64,000 nt of DNA from Yuukianura sp. NJ FZ-2021 (taxonomy: Eukaryota), in the NCBI GenBank assembly GCA_046563655.1, contig CM102286.1, forward strand, positions 9,238,001 to 9,302,000, read 5' to 3'. Below are positions 1 to 11,800 of the stretch, in pieces. The notes beneath the pieces were generated by a model, which worked only from the letters and a program-made list of their open reading frames with translations, made no database searches and was not told the DNA's origin. How positions within the stretch are numbered: position 1 is the first letter of the stretch; every line of letters starts with the position of its first letter. The position numbers were made by a program, and so were the translations under genes.

Positions 1-527
1 TGCGACGAATCGTGCTCATAATCGTAAATTTTTTTCCCAAGCGCAAGCCTTCTATTTAATTTCTTTCTTTTTTTGGAGTTTTTACGGTCATTTGGAGTAT
101 AGGATCTTTTTTTCTTTAATGTAATAATTGTATGATAAAGCCTGTGCATTTTCCCACTTTTTTGTCACAATTCTCATGGAAATATTGATGTAAATTATAT
201 GGACGAAAAAACTATATAACTATTCTTTATGCAACTGTGGCCAGAGATTGTGGTTCGGTAACCCAACAACCTTTGTAACCTTCGCAACCTTCATGTAATC
301 TTCGGGAAAAACCAAAAACAAAAGTTGCTTTGGAAAAATTATTTTGGTTGTTAAAAGATCCAGATTCATATGAGTTTGCGAATTAATTAATTATTTTTTG
401 AGAAGTTTTCATGGCAAACTGGTTTCAAGATAAGATCTTTAGTTGTGAAAGAAAACAAGGAAGGAGGAAGGCTTTGAAAGCTTACTGCGACTACATAGTA
501 GAGAGTACTACTTGCGAAAATGTGGAC

Positions 528-550
528 TAATATATATATATGAGACAGTT
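528..550 (+). promoter_or_regulatory. Candidate TATA-type core promoter for the terpene synthase-like gene
   Basis: (TA)n run ~70 bp upstream of the ATG at 607. ATTAAA signals follow the stop at ~1912 and ~1922. Confidence 0.3.
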
Positions 551-606
551 TCAATTCTGTTTACCAATTACAGTTTTATTCTCGCTCTATCCACATAATT
601 CCAAAA

Positions 607-1885
607 ATGGTTTCAATTGAAAATGGATCGTATCGTCTAACAAGTATTACACAATGCCCACCCGGAAAATTAAAATTAGTTTTTGATTTAGGGATTGTTG
701 ATCATCCCGTTTTTGCAAAAGCTTCTCAACTTTACGGAGAAGTTCCACTTTTTCAACGAAAAGAGTAAGTTCTAAGATGAAAATAAATATTTAAAAACCT
801 TATTCCAGGGTTAACCTTTTTTAACATTAAGTTGTTATGTAATCTTCAGAGAGATTACATTGTCAAACTACTTCGAAATGACACAGGAAGAACAAACTAA
901 AATTCTAGATGATGCTATCAAGCGTCTCCGCTACATTCTTGATAACTTGGACGAAGAAGAACTGAACAAATACATACAGGCTAACATCCTGGCTGCTTGC
1001 TCGTGTTTTCCAATTATCGACGTTCGTACTATCCGATTTGAACTTGCTCTATTATGCATCATTGCTGGTAGTATGGGTGATGATTTGGAAGACGATTTCA
1101 AGTTTTTGTTGGAGGATGTTGGCGAGACCAATCGATTGCTCATTGACAAAGTAGATTTGGATTGGAAAGCATTCAAAGCAAGCCAATATACTCTAGATAA
1201 CCGTGTCAAGGGCTTCACTGGTGTAATTCGTGCGAACGAAAGTGAAAAAAATCAGCGCATCTTTGCCGAAATTATGGCAAAGATGAAGGAAGAGTTTCCA
1301 GAGGGATATCCAGATGACGTCAAACATTGCATTCCGCAAGCCATAGGTATTCTTCAGTGTCAGACGTTGCGCTACAGGACGGATGACCCAATGCCTCTCT
1401 CAGAAGACATGCAGAAGATTCTTCGCGGCTACGATGCAGGGTTTGGTCCATGCGCAGAATTTGCAATAATATTTCTCAGGCTATCAATCCCAAAGAAGAT
1501 TAGGAAAAGCCTTTTGTTTAACCTTTTGACGACCGCTGTAATGGACTTCGCTGGGCTCCTCAATGATGTACTCGGGGTCTTGAAAGACGTCAAAGAAGAA
1601 GCTTTAGGAGAGAACTACATACTGCGTTGCGTTACACGAGAAGGAACTCCGCTACAACAGGCATTTAATGATGCATTTAAGCGACTTCGAAACTTGATAT
1701 CTGACATCGAAATCCTAATGTACCGTTTGTTGGAAGCCTTTCCGGAAGAAAAGGGCCTGCGTGCATACATTCAAGCGTGTAAGGATGTTTGTGACGGTCA
1801 AACAATAAGTTACGTCGTTGGTGCACAAAGTACCAAGCGCTACGGCGGCACTTTAAAAATTGTGCCAATGGAGACCGTCGGGTGA
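607..1885 (+). CDS. Class I (microbial-type) terpene synthase/cyclase-like protein, 2 exons (607-764, 850-1885), ~397 aa
   Basis: ATG at 607 opens a frame to a GTAAGT donor at 765. The TTCAG acceptor ends at 849, and the phase-2 splice joins in frame (GA+A=Glu) to the 860..1885 ORF. The protein has an Asp-rich motif (GDDLEDD), an R-x-x-D-A-G helix-G-kink-like motif (LRGYDAGFGP), an NSE/DTE-like motif (NDVLGVLKDVKEE) and a C-terminal RY (STKRY), in the order expected for class I terpene cyclases. Confidence 0.85.
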
Positions 1886-2283
1886 ACGATTTGTCGGTGG
1901 TTATGGAATTTATTAAACAGCATTAAATAGTAATATTGTAAAAACCATTACTAAAACTTCTAGATTTTTGGTGAAAACCTTGGCGGGTATGTTGAATATT
2001 AAATTGACTTAAAAATTTGCCCTTTTTTTTCTCCATTTCAGGTTTTATTTTTGGGGACCTGATTTTAAAGATTTACATCACACATTTTCTGCGACATCTC
2101 AAATGTGGTTCACCATTCGCTTGGAATCATAAAATTGTCTTAACAAGCAAAGTGGCGAAGAGATTATTTAGGGTAAAAAAAAGTTTTTTGAAATAAAGCT
2201 GGAAACGATTTAAAACATATCCAGGTCTACAAGTGAAAGTGGCGATTGCTTCTGGCTTACTGAATGAGTCTCAAAAAGCGTGA

Positions 2284-2305
2284 ATAATAATAATAATAAT
2301 AATAA
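2284..2305. repeat. (AAT)n microsatellite
   Basis: aataataataataataataataa run. Confidence 0.8.
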
Positions 2306-2898
2306 AAAATATGGGATGAGTGAATCTAGAAGAAACAAACTGTGATTCATCTTACCTTCGTTTTTGCAAATGTTAGTAAGTAAAATAGTAGGATCTTAAC
2401 AGTAACACCCACCCCTGGTTTTGATTAATCGACGGAAAGAATAATGGAGAAAGCGATAACTGTATCACATAATTTATAACCTACCCCATTTGTGAACTTT
2501 TTGAGAAAATAAACTGTCCCCTAAGTTATTTATGTGTTGCAAAATTGCTAATTTGCAAAAGAAGAGGTAGGAGGTTGGAAACACAAGAGCACAAAATCCA
2601 AATTGATTAATTTAAGAAATGTGGAGAATAGAAAACGAGTTTAAAAAAGTAAAACGTCGTGTGCATTACATATTTGGGAAAGTGCAAAAGGAATTTTATT
2701 ATTGAAGTAAGCCGCACGCTACCGCTTTGTGTGACGATTCAAACAACAATTTAGAAACCCAAATGGAAAATTGTTAGCTTGATATCCAGCGCAATAAGTA
2801 ATTGATTAGCCGAATGCGTATATGTAAAGCTTTTGTTTTCCAATGTTTATATAAACACACATTTTTATAATATATTTTAGTTAAACTAATTTGCTTAC

Positions 2899-5800
2899 CT
2901 TTCTGTTGGCGTATCTGAAATTGTTTGAGAGGATTCTTCGCTGCCTACAGAGTTGCATTGGTTGGTTCGATTTTGGTGAGCCGCTTCCCACTCCTCTCTA
3001 ACGGCAGTTTGCACTCTCTTCTGAAGCTCCCGCACTCTTTGTCGTTCATCCTCCAGCATCTGAACGCCTGAAACGCAAGATGGCGCTTGGTTAGCTCTTA
3101 AATCTGGTTTACAAATTTTTACTTTTGAAAGAAAGTATAGTCGAATGAAAGTACAGTTACCTTGTTCATTCAACAAAAACTCTCTGTACTTTTCAATTTC
3201 ACGCAACGTTTCACTAGCTTTAGCCCCAAAAACCCCAAGCTTTGGATCAATGGGAGAATTGGATTTGATCATTTCAATTGTGATCGCATCATCCGTTGCT
3301 ACAGACAAGAGAGTAAGAGCTTTCAACTTTTCCTCCAAGTCACAGTTCTTACCCTGGAAAGCAAACCAAAAAACGTGTTACATGAAAGCGACAGAAAAAA
3401 AGATCCAGTTTTCAATTCTTCGGGACCTACCATCTCATCTGAATCTGAATTTGAACTGAAAAACGAAATATCCGGAATGGTCAATGTGTCCGCTTTGACT
3501 GACTGTTGGCAATAAAAGTCATCAAATGCATAACTCAACTTCGAAATCAAAATTAATTGCATATGACAACATTTTATTTAGACAAACTTACTTCTTGAAG
3601 GTCGGCTACAAGCGACTGACGTTGGCTTTCCAATTTATGAATTTCTTTTACCGATGACGCTAGTGATGCTCTGTTTTGATTTCGAAGTTGTTCTAGCTCG
3701 ATTTGCTTTATCGAAAGTTTTCGTTTTGTTTCTGTAAATAATTTAGTAAGGTCGTCACGCTGAGCTTCTTTGCTTGCGGTTTCTTCCATTTGTTGAAACT
3801 CTGCATCCTCATAAACCTTTGAAATGAAAAAATTTGAGAGAAGTTTGACATAAGTTAGCAAAAAACTGAGAAAATCAAAAATCTTCGCTTACCTTTCTTT
3901 CAACTTCTACAAGTTCGTGTTGATATTTCAGTTTCTCAAGCAGTATAGTCTCCTCATCCGTTGTTCCACAAAAGTCTTCATGCATTTTCTCCAGTCGCTG
4001 CAAATTTCGCTCGCATGCTGACAGCTTCCGTTTCATCGCTGAAAGTTCTTGAGCGCTTGCTACCTTCCACAACCGAATTCCGCCGTCAATTTGACATAGA
4101 CAATTTCGAATTTCTTCTAATTGGGCTCTGCTCGTCTGAAGCTGAGTGTCCATTGCCTGTTCTTCACCAAGGAGAAGTGCTTTCTCCATTTCCATCTGAA
4201 AGTCAAACAAAATTTTACTGCGTTACAAGCTTCATAATTTACAGCTTTTGATTAAACCTTGACTTAATTGAAATTCTGAAGAAGATGGAAATCGAAGTTA
4301 CGGTTTTTGAAAAGTATTGCCACAAACCTCTCTCAGGGCTTCCATTTCTTGTTGTTCCAGATCTCTAATCTGGCTTTTGAGGCGGGAGATTGGATCTTCT
4401 TCAATTTTGCATGGACCAGCAGTCGACTCCTACAAAGACAAGAACCACAGAATTGCAGAATTAATTATCATGGATTTGCATCCACAAATAAGGAGCAAAG
4501 TGTGTGTTTGTAAGGACTCTCTTCCAAGATCCTGTTGGATTTGGCAACTTTTCTGGGTTTTCCAGGAAAGTTTTCAAAATTCAACAAGGAGTCTGTCAGT
4601 TTTGCCTAAAAGTTCCTTAAACTTTTGAAACTTTTGATTTGAAAGGTCTCACAGGCTGAACTTGCGCTACTTCTGCAAATTGAATGACATCAACTGTTGG
4701 AACCGTCTCGACAACTTGACATGCCTCTTGAATCACTGGAATTGGTGAAGAGGCTGTGGCAGAAACCGAAGTACTGGACTTTACATCCCATCTTGAAGGA
4801 GACTCACTTCCATTTTGAGACTCTGAGTGTATTTCTACTTTGGTAGCAACTGTTTTCACAATGGAACTATTTGGATTTAGTGGTACTTTGAGGCGACTCG
4901 TAAGTTCTGTATTGGATTTTGGACTGGAACTGGCCGAAGAGACGCGCGGAATGTAGTCGTCCATGTTATACTCTTCAACAGATCCAAAGGAAACGGAAAG
5001 TTTGGATTTTGGCGGGGGATTATCTGGAGAAGGTTTTGAAATTTTGACAAGGTTTCCATTTTGGGGTTGGTTGAGAGCTAAAACGGTTGGTCTTGGGCCA
5101 TCGACGACATCGGACGATGGAGCAGGTGACTGTGAACTTGTAATGCATGCGGCGTGCTTCTCAAGGTCATTCACACAAACATTTTCATAAGCATAATTGC
5201 CTTGGTTCAAACGAAGCATTCCCAGATCAAAACTGTTTCCGTTTTGCACAGTCCTTACTTTTGGTTGACTTGTTTCTGATAAACTGTGGTGTGTTGTGGG
5301 CATCATCGGATTTTGAAAGAACTGGACACGCGCTTCTGCGTTTCTAGACAAATTAAAAATTACATTAGAAAGTTAAATATTTGTTATGATTTACGTGCCA
5401 AGAATTAAACTTTAACTTTTGTAATGTCTCATAATTCATTTGACCCAACTCCAGCTTATTTACGCTCCCAGTTTTTGTGTATTCATTCCCAGTTTTCATG
5501 ACACTTGATGGGAAATCCTGATTTATGACCATACAAGCTTCTTCACACGGTTTAGACAAAAATGCGCGACTTTGCAAAACACAACGACACTCAATCATTT
5601 TACGTAATTACAAGAACGTGTGGGTTTGTCTAAAGCATAGTAAATACGACTTACAAGCCCACTGCACGCCGTCGTGTTTTGACAATAGCAGGAAATTTTT
5701 ATTAAGAATTCACGTTGTGGAGATTGGGCGTGGTGAAAGTTGCCGTGTGATGTGAGGCATATTAAATAAGGCACACGGTGTGTTGCTACTTTAATTTCAC

Positions 5801-8800
5801 CCTTGTTCTATCTTATCTGTTGACACAATCAATATTCGCAACACTTACTTGCTTCCTACCCACCTATTAACACGTAAATCCTTCCACAAGAAATTAATTT
5901 GATGTCATTCGAATCCTATTCTCCGCCTTCCTTGTTAACTTTCCATTATCAATTATTACAAACTCAGCATATGCCAATGCAGCCCTAGGATTTCATCGTA
6001 TGGTAAACAAAAAAACCGAACACTTTTGAGAAAAAAAATATTTCGAAAAAATATTTGACAAAAAAAATCTTCGGATAAAATCACTGTTAAGAGCGAACTT
6101 TTTTTCACTTGAATTTCACATTAGAATTAAGTTTTTTGCTAAATACTTTTGGGCAAATACTGTTCAAGAAACTAATTTTTGAACAATGTACTTTTTACAA
6201 ACATTTTGCGCGAACTCTGCGGAAGGAATTTTTCGGACCAAATGCAAATACACTACATTGTTGCGTCCATCTTTGTTATTGAGTTTCGACCATGTTCCTC
6301 ACACGGTTTATTTCTGCTCCAAAGTTTACCGCTTACTTGTAGAAAGTAAATCAATATCCATTTGTGTAAAAAAAAAACTTTTGATCTAAAGTTTTTGGCT
6401 TCTTTTTTACAGAAAACTACGAGAAACGTGGTAAATTCAATACTTTCTCCACGAGACGAAGGGGGGAAAGTTACGGCGTAGTCTAAACTTTGATGTAGGT
6501 GACAAACTTGACGGTTTGGAAAACCGTAGATCTTGATTCTAGGATGTTGTTGAGTGAAACGCCACTTCAACTTAACCGCCAAAACGCTTCACATGCCCAA
6601 AACTGCGACGTAACCTACACTTTCCCGCTCTTTTATGGAAAACCAATTATAAACGTGACCACATTAATTTCGAAAACTTTAATCGAAAAAATGTCTGAAG
6701 TTGGAATATTTCTTTGATCTGCTAATGTTCTCCTAGTAGAACTTTACTTTGAACAAGTTCACACAAACTCCTTGCTGTTTCTGGAATAGCAACTATGGTT
6801 TTTGATACCTTTTGAAGTCTGAGGCGAGTGACCCGGTTTGTTCTTGTAAAACAAGGGTTCTTGACTCTGACTCTTCGAGGGCATTGGTTCCAGAACCAAC
6901 GGGGGTCTTGGCGTTGGCATCCATTGATTTGTGTGGCTCTTCGTTTGCCATTGCCTGGATTCGGTGACCATTTGAGTGTTTTTCCTGAATCTCACGAGCA
7001 ATTTGATGTTCATACTCTTCACAGATTGCCAGAACTTCGTCAAGAGCCGAAGTCTCGATGTGGGACGGGAGTCTCTTCCATGAAAAATGTCTTTCTTCCG
7101 GAGTCGACTGGAAAAGCAATTTGATCAAACGGATTACATTAGCAGCCTTCTGTTTTCAGTGACAACTGAGCGGCAATAAATAAAAAGAAAGCCTTGTTCC
7201 AACGCCTGTGCGGGGCAAATCTTTCTACGGAATTTAAAAAAACTAAAGGGGCTTTTGACTTCTGGGTGATGCGCGTGTCCATATCAAATGTGAAGGAATA
7301 TGAATTTTATCGGGACATTTTCTAGCAAGATCGGATGGACAACTGGAAACTTTACTTCTGTGGTTCATGCTTGCCCTAAATTGAAAATGTCACAAAACTT
7401 AAATTTTTGGAAACATGACAGCATGTAGGATGGCACCCTAACATGTAATTTTGTTCAAAAATTCTGTCATGTCACTTCTTCAACATGCATTCGACGCACT
7501 ACAAAATAAACCCTGCTTTGCATGTTAATTTGTACAACGGCCGCTCCTTATAAAGAAAAACCCATGGAATGTATTCCATGTATTCCCCGGAACGTTACAA
7601 ATCCTCCGACTGTTTAAGGTTTTGCTTTCTTAAATTTTAGTTTTCGCGCTTTAAAATTTGAAATACGAATTATTTTAAATTATGTTAATTTTGTTAAAGA
7701 TTATGTTCATTACCTTTTGTATGTCTGAGAACTCTTCGTAAGAGGTAAAGTTAGGCGAGTCTTTGAGGTCTCTCGTGGGATTCTTGAGACACGTTGGCCT
7801 GCTGTAGTTTCCATAAGAAACGATGGAACTCCCATCTGAAGAGTGACTGGAATAGACCGAATCTGGACTCGGAGATGACTGGATTGAGAAACTATTTGAA
7901 CTTGGACTAGATTGATTGGCCGCTAAGAACGGTTTGGCACTTTGCTTAGAATCGTCAGTTGTGTTGGACCTAATAAGCGGTATGACTTCGTAGGGTGAGG
8001 ATACGTATGACATGGAATGCGTTCGGCGATATCCAAGTGCCGGAACGGCTTTCGACTGCAAAATGTAGTTTGCATTGGAGTCGTTAAATGAGCGACTTTC
8101 ATCACCAAAATATCGAAATTCCGAATTCGTTCCGAACCGAGAGAAATACGGACTGGGTCTTCGGCACTTTTTTTCTACACGCGGACTGCTCATGCTCTTT
8201 GGGATTCCGTTTGAACTTGGCGGGAGGTTGGGTAGAGGGCGTCCTTGATGCGGCAGCACAGGGAATCTACCATTTTTGGGTTCAAATTCCGTTGTACCGT
8301 CGTTGATATTTGGCTGGGGTTGGGTAGTTAAGAATTCGAAAAGCGCCAATTTGTTTTCAAAATTGTCACTTTCCAGTCCATCTCTGTACTTTCCTGGAGT
8401 GAGGGTTCTGGACACGGGTCCATTGTCACTGTGTCCATTGTCGTAGTAGTCTGTATCAAAAGAATCTTGTCTAAACAGTAGATTCCTTCTTTGGGTACCA
8501 TTGTTATTTGACAGGCACTCACTAGCACTACTGTAAGCACTAGTACTCGTGGGCGACGAAACTGATTTGTCCATTGTGGAACTTGAAGTCTTATTTACAT
8601 CGCCCGCTGAGTTCAAATTGGAAGTCGTTCCTGTCAATCATACCCATAATGAAAAGATTTTTAGAAAGTGAAGATAGTTATGGAGTCCATAAAAATCATA
8701 TCTCCAAGACGCGCATAAGACGCTAAAAGCTGAGAGATGCCGTCAAGTCATAGTGACAGGAATGTTATTAGCGCCTTTTCATTGTTACCCTGCCTCTTTC

Positions 8801-11800
8801 CCATCAAAATCCTTTTTAATGCTTCAACGATGCCTATTCTATTCCATTGTCTTCCGACGACCCTTGCCAAGGAACACCACGATTCAAAAAGTTAGATTGA
8901 GGGTGCCTTTTTCCAGAACTAAAACCATTAAACACAGAAAGATTTCCCTAAAGTAAAGTAATTTTAGAAAGGAAATGTTCAAGTGCTAACTCACTTTATG
9001 GAATACTGTTAAAATAAAGACCAAACTATAGTGTTTGAGGCCTCAGAAAACACTGGACAAAGGCGGCAAACTCAAAACGAAAAGTTATAAAAACTGTACT
9101 GAGAAATTGGAAACTGTCGATGCCTGACTTTCCATTAAGTTTTTTATCACTTCGGTGTTTGCAAGTCCTAGAGTAGTTTGAATCTTTCATTGAATTTGTA
9201 CTTAACACCTCTTGTCTGTCTCCTAGATAAAGTGCGTAGAAACGACTGATTAGAACATGGACGAATACAAAGTGCAGAACTGAAAGCGTAAGTTTGTCTA
9301 ATCTGAAATTGGCAAGTTTAGAAGTACTTTGGGCTGGAAATGGAAAAAAGAGATTTGTCGTCTTCCAAGGCAGCAGGAAGTGATCAATGTTTGTTTTGGC
9401 ACATAAATATACCTTTTTGTTTGACTACGACAGCGTATGGACACTCTGTCAGCGGATTTAGACGATTTGTAGCTGGGAAACAGGTGACTTCAAGGGGCCT
9501 CTGACTCTGATCTGGTGCTAAATAAGGTTTTGGTGGTGGTGCTCCTTCAATAGGATTTCGGAAGTGTAGCAAATTCGAATCGCCAAGTCGAATAACGTTT
9601 CCTGAAAATAAAAGAAATGAGCATCATTTCTCAATCTAGATTTTTTTAAACCAAAGAACTTATGAAAATGAAACAAAAACAAGAGGTTTCGAGTTTTGCT
9701 CTAAACAACATTAATTTGGATTTAGCGTTTAAGTTTTTTTTACAATATATGTTTTGAACATATCTTTAAAACAAAAATTTGAAAGGTAGTTAGCGCAGAA
9801 GTGACAAGGGATGCTGAGAAGACGATTGATAGCTTCAAAAATTGAAGACAAAAGCATTTCCACGCACCTAAACCCACTCAATTCTTAATTTATTGTGGTC
9901 AGGAACTCTATAAATGCTTCGTGCAGCTCCCTATGAAGCTACCCAACACACACTTCCTGACCTTAGCGTCCGCAGGGATACCGGAGTTGTGCGCTTTAGG
10001 CCCCGTAGGAGCCTTTAGGTTGAAGACGTGACCTGCGATGTAATTAAACCTAACCCAAACTCTCCGCTCCAAGACCACATCCTGGGGTTGATGAAATTGG
10101 TTCTCACTCTCAGATCCGGCGCTGATTCTCATTAGACTCGGGAAGAAGGAGGCACCTTCTAGCATGTAAGTGCTTGTCTTTTTTAAACAAAAACTTTTCT
10201 TTTAAACAAAAAAACACAGGGGATTTACTTAAACTTTAAAAAAAACTTTGGTGTTTGAATTAATTCCGCTTTGGCATTGCGGTTCGAAAATGAGTTTCGC
10301 TTTGAACTTCCTTCTGGCACGATCTCCCAAACTCCGTACATTTTTAGATCCGTTTTTTCTCCAGGAAAAGTGAAATTTTGGAGGCGAAATTTTCTCCAAC
10401 GTCGTGGGAAGCGCCGCTGTTGAGAAAATGTGTTGAAGAGATCATTATGCATTCTGAGGCTGACAAGAAAAGTACACAGGGAGGTATTAGAAGAAAGATG
10501 GACGTCGTTTTGAATCCTCCTTTGTGTTCTTTTTATGGACGATCCGACGTACCGAGGTGCTTAATTTTGAACATTTAGAAAGTGGAGGGTCCTACACTTT
10601 AGGATTTCAACTGCTTGAGGTCGTAAATAAATTTAAGTCAGAGAGTAATCTATGTGACTGTGGCTTTTTATCAAATCTCTGCATCTGAAACAATTTTGGA
10701 GCTCATTTGTTCTTCGTTTTCATTAAAAGTGTTGTTTTTTCAAGGAACAACTCGGGAGAAAAAGTACAGAACTGAAATGTTGACATTCGGAGAAAATGTA
10801 TTTCAACAACCAGTTTTTAGAACAGCGGAAAGGTCAGTTCAGACCCTCACTTTATCATTCGAACTTGAGGATCATCCCTCGCAGCGATTTCAAATAAATT
10901 CAACTGTCAATTTCTACGAAAAAGAGGAACAATTGGAGTCTCCACACCTTAAGAGAGTGTCAGGCCGTTTTTGAACACTTTTTCGAAAAGGAAATGACAA
11001 GACTTGTTTCTTAGACAACTTTGAAAGTGAACAAATTCCACAAGTCGTGGGGTGCATTATCCTTTTGTGAAAAATGTAAGTTACATTATGTAACCCAACA
11101 AAAAGTTATACCGTGTTTGAGCTGTGTGGGGCCGGAGACTCGAACGCCGTCAACCGTCGTAAGGTCACTGATGGGGTGGAGAGTGACCTCGTCTTGTCTG
11201 TTGAGCCTTTCAATGAAACAGTGTTGTGGAGCTATGCCTGAGCCCTCCAGAACAATTTCAGGAGACTTGACACAACCTTTCCCAGTTCCCAGCATGGTCA
11301 CTCCTGCAAGAAAACGGAAAAATCAACATTAGTGTCGTGCATCTAAAGCGTCCAATCTGTCGAGAATTTTTCACTTTTTGAAACCTTTAACATTATCTCT
11401 GTCAGCGTGAAAGTTAACAATTTGAAGTTCAGATTACACCATGGAGCAACGCATAATAAAAAACTAAAGATTCCTTTGAGTCTCAAATTCACACGCTCTG
11501 ATAATTCTTTGTTTAATTTTTGAATCAGTTTCAAATTTCGCTTGCGTATGCAGCGCATCAATCAAAAAGGAATGAAAAATTATTTAAGCTGAATCAAATG
11601 ATGAGGTGGCTTAAAGCTAGATCCTCCTGAACTGACTGGGTTTTCTTTAGCATATTGAAAAATTAAGATTCTGATTCATTTTAGCGGAAGACAGAAATGC
11701 TTAGGTGTTCATGCGTTGGCAAAAGCATATTTAAAAATAGGAAAAAGCCAAGAAATGTTTAGATTACTTTCTCACTTTCACGAACAGTGCGTATACAGTT

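Noticed and set aside
860..862. TTG start for the terpene synthase ORF as given in the ORF track
   Set aside because: It is better explained as exon 2 spliced to an ATG-initiated exon at 607-764.
9908..10165. GC-richer intronic segment with an 85-aa ORF
   Set aside because: No motifs, termini, TSD or second copy seen. Probably a repeat fragment, but unclassifiable by eye.
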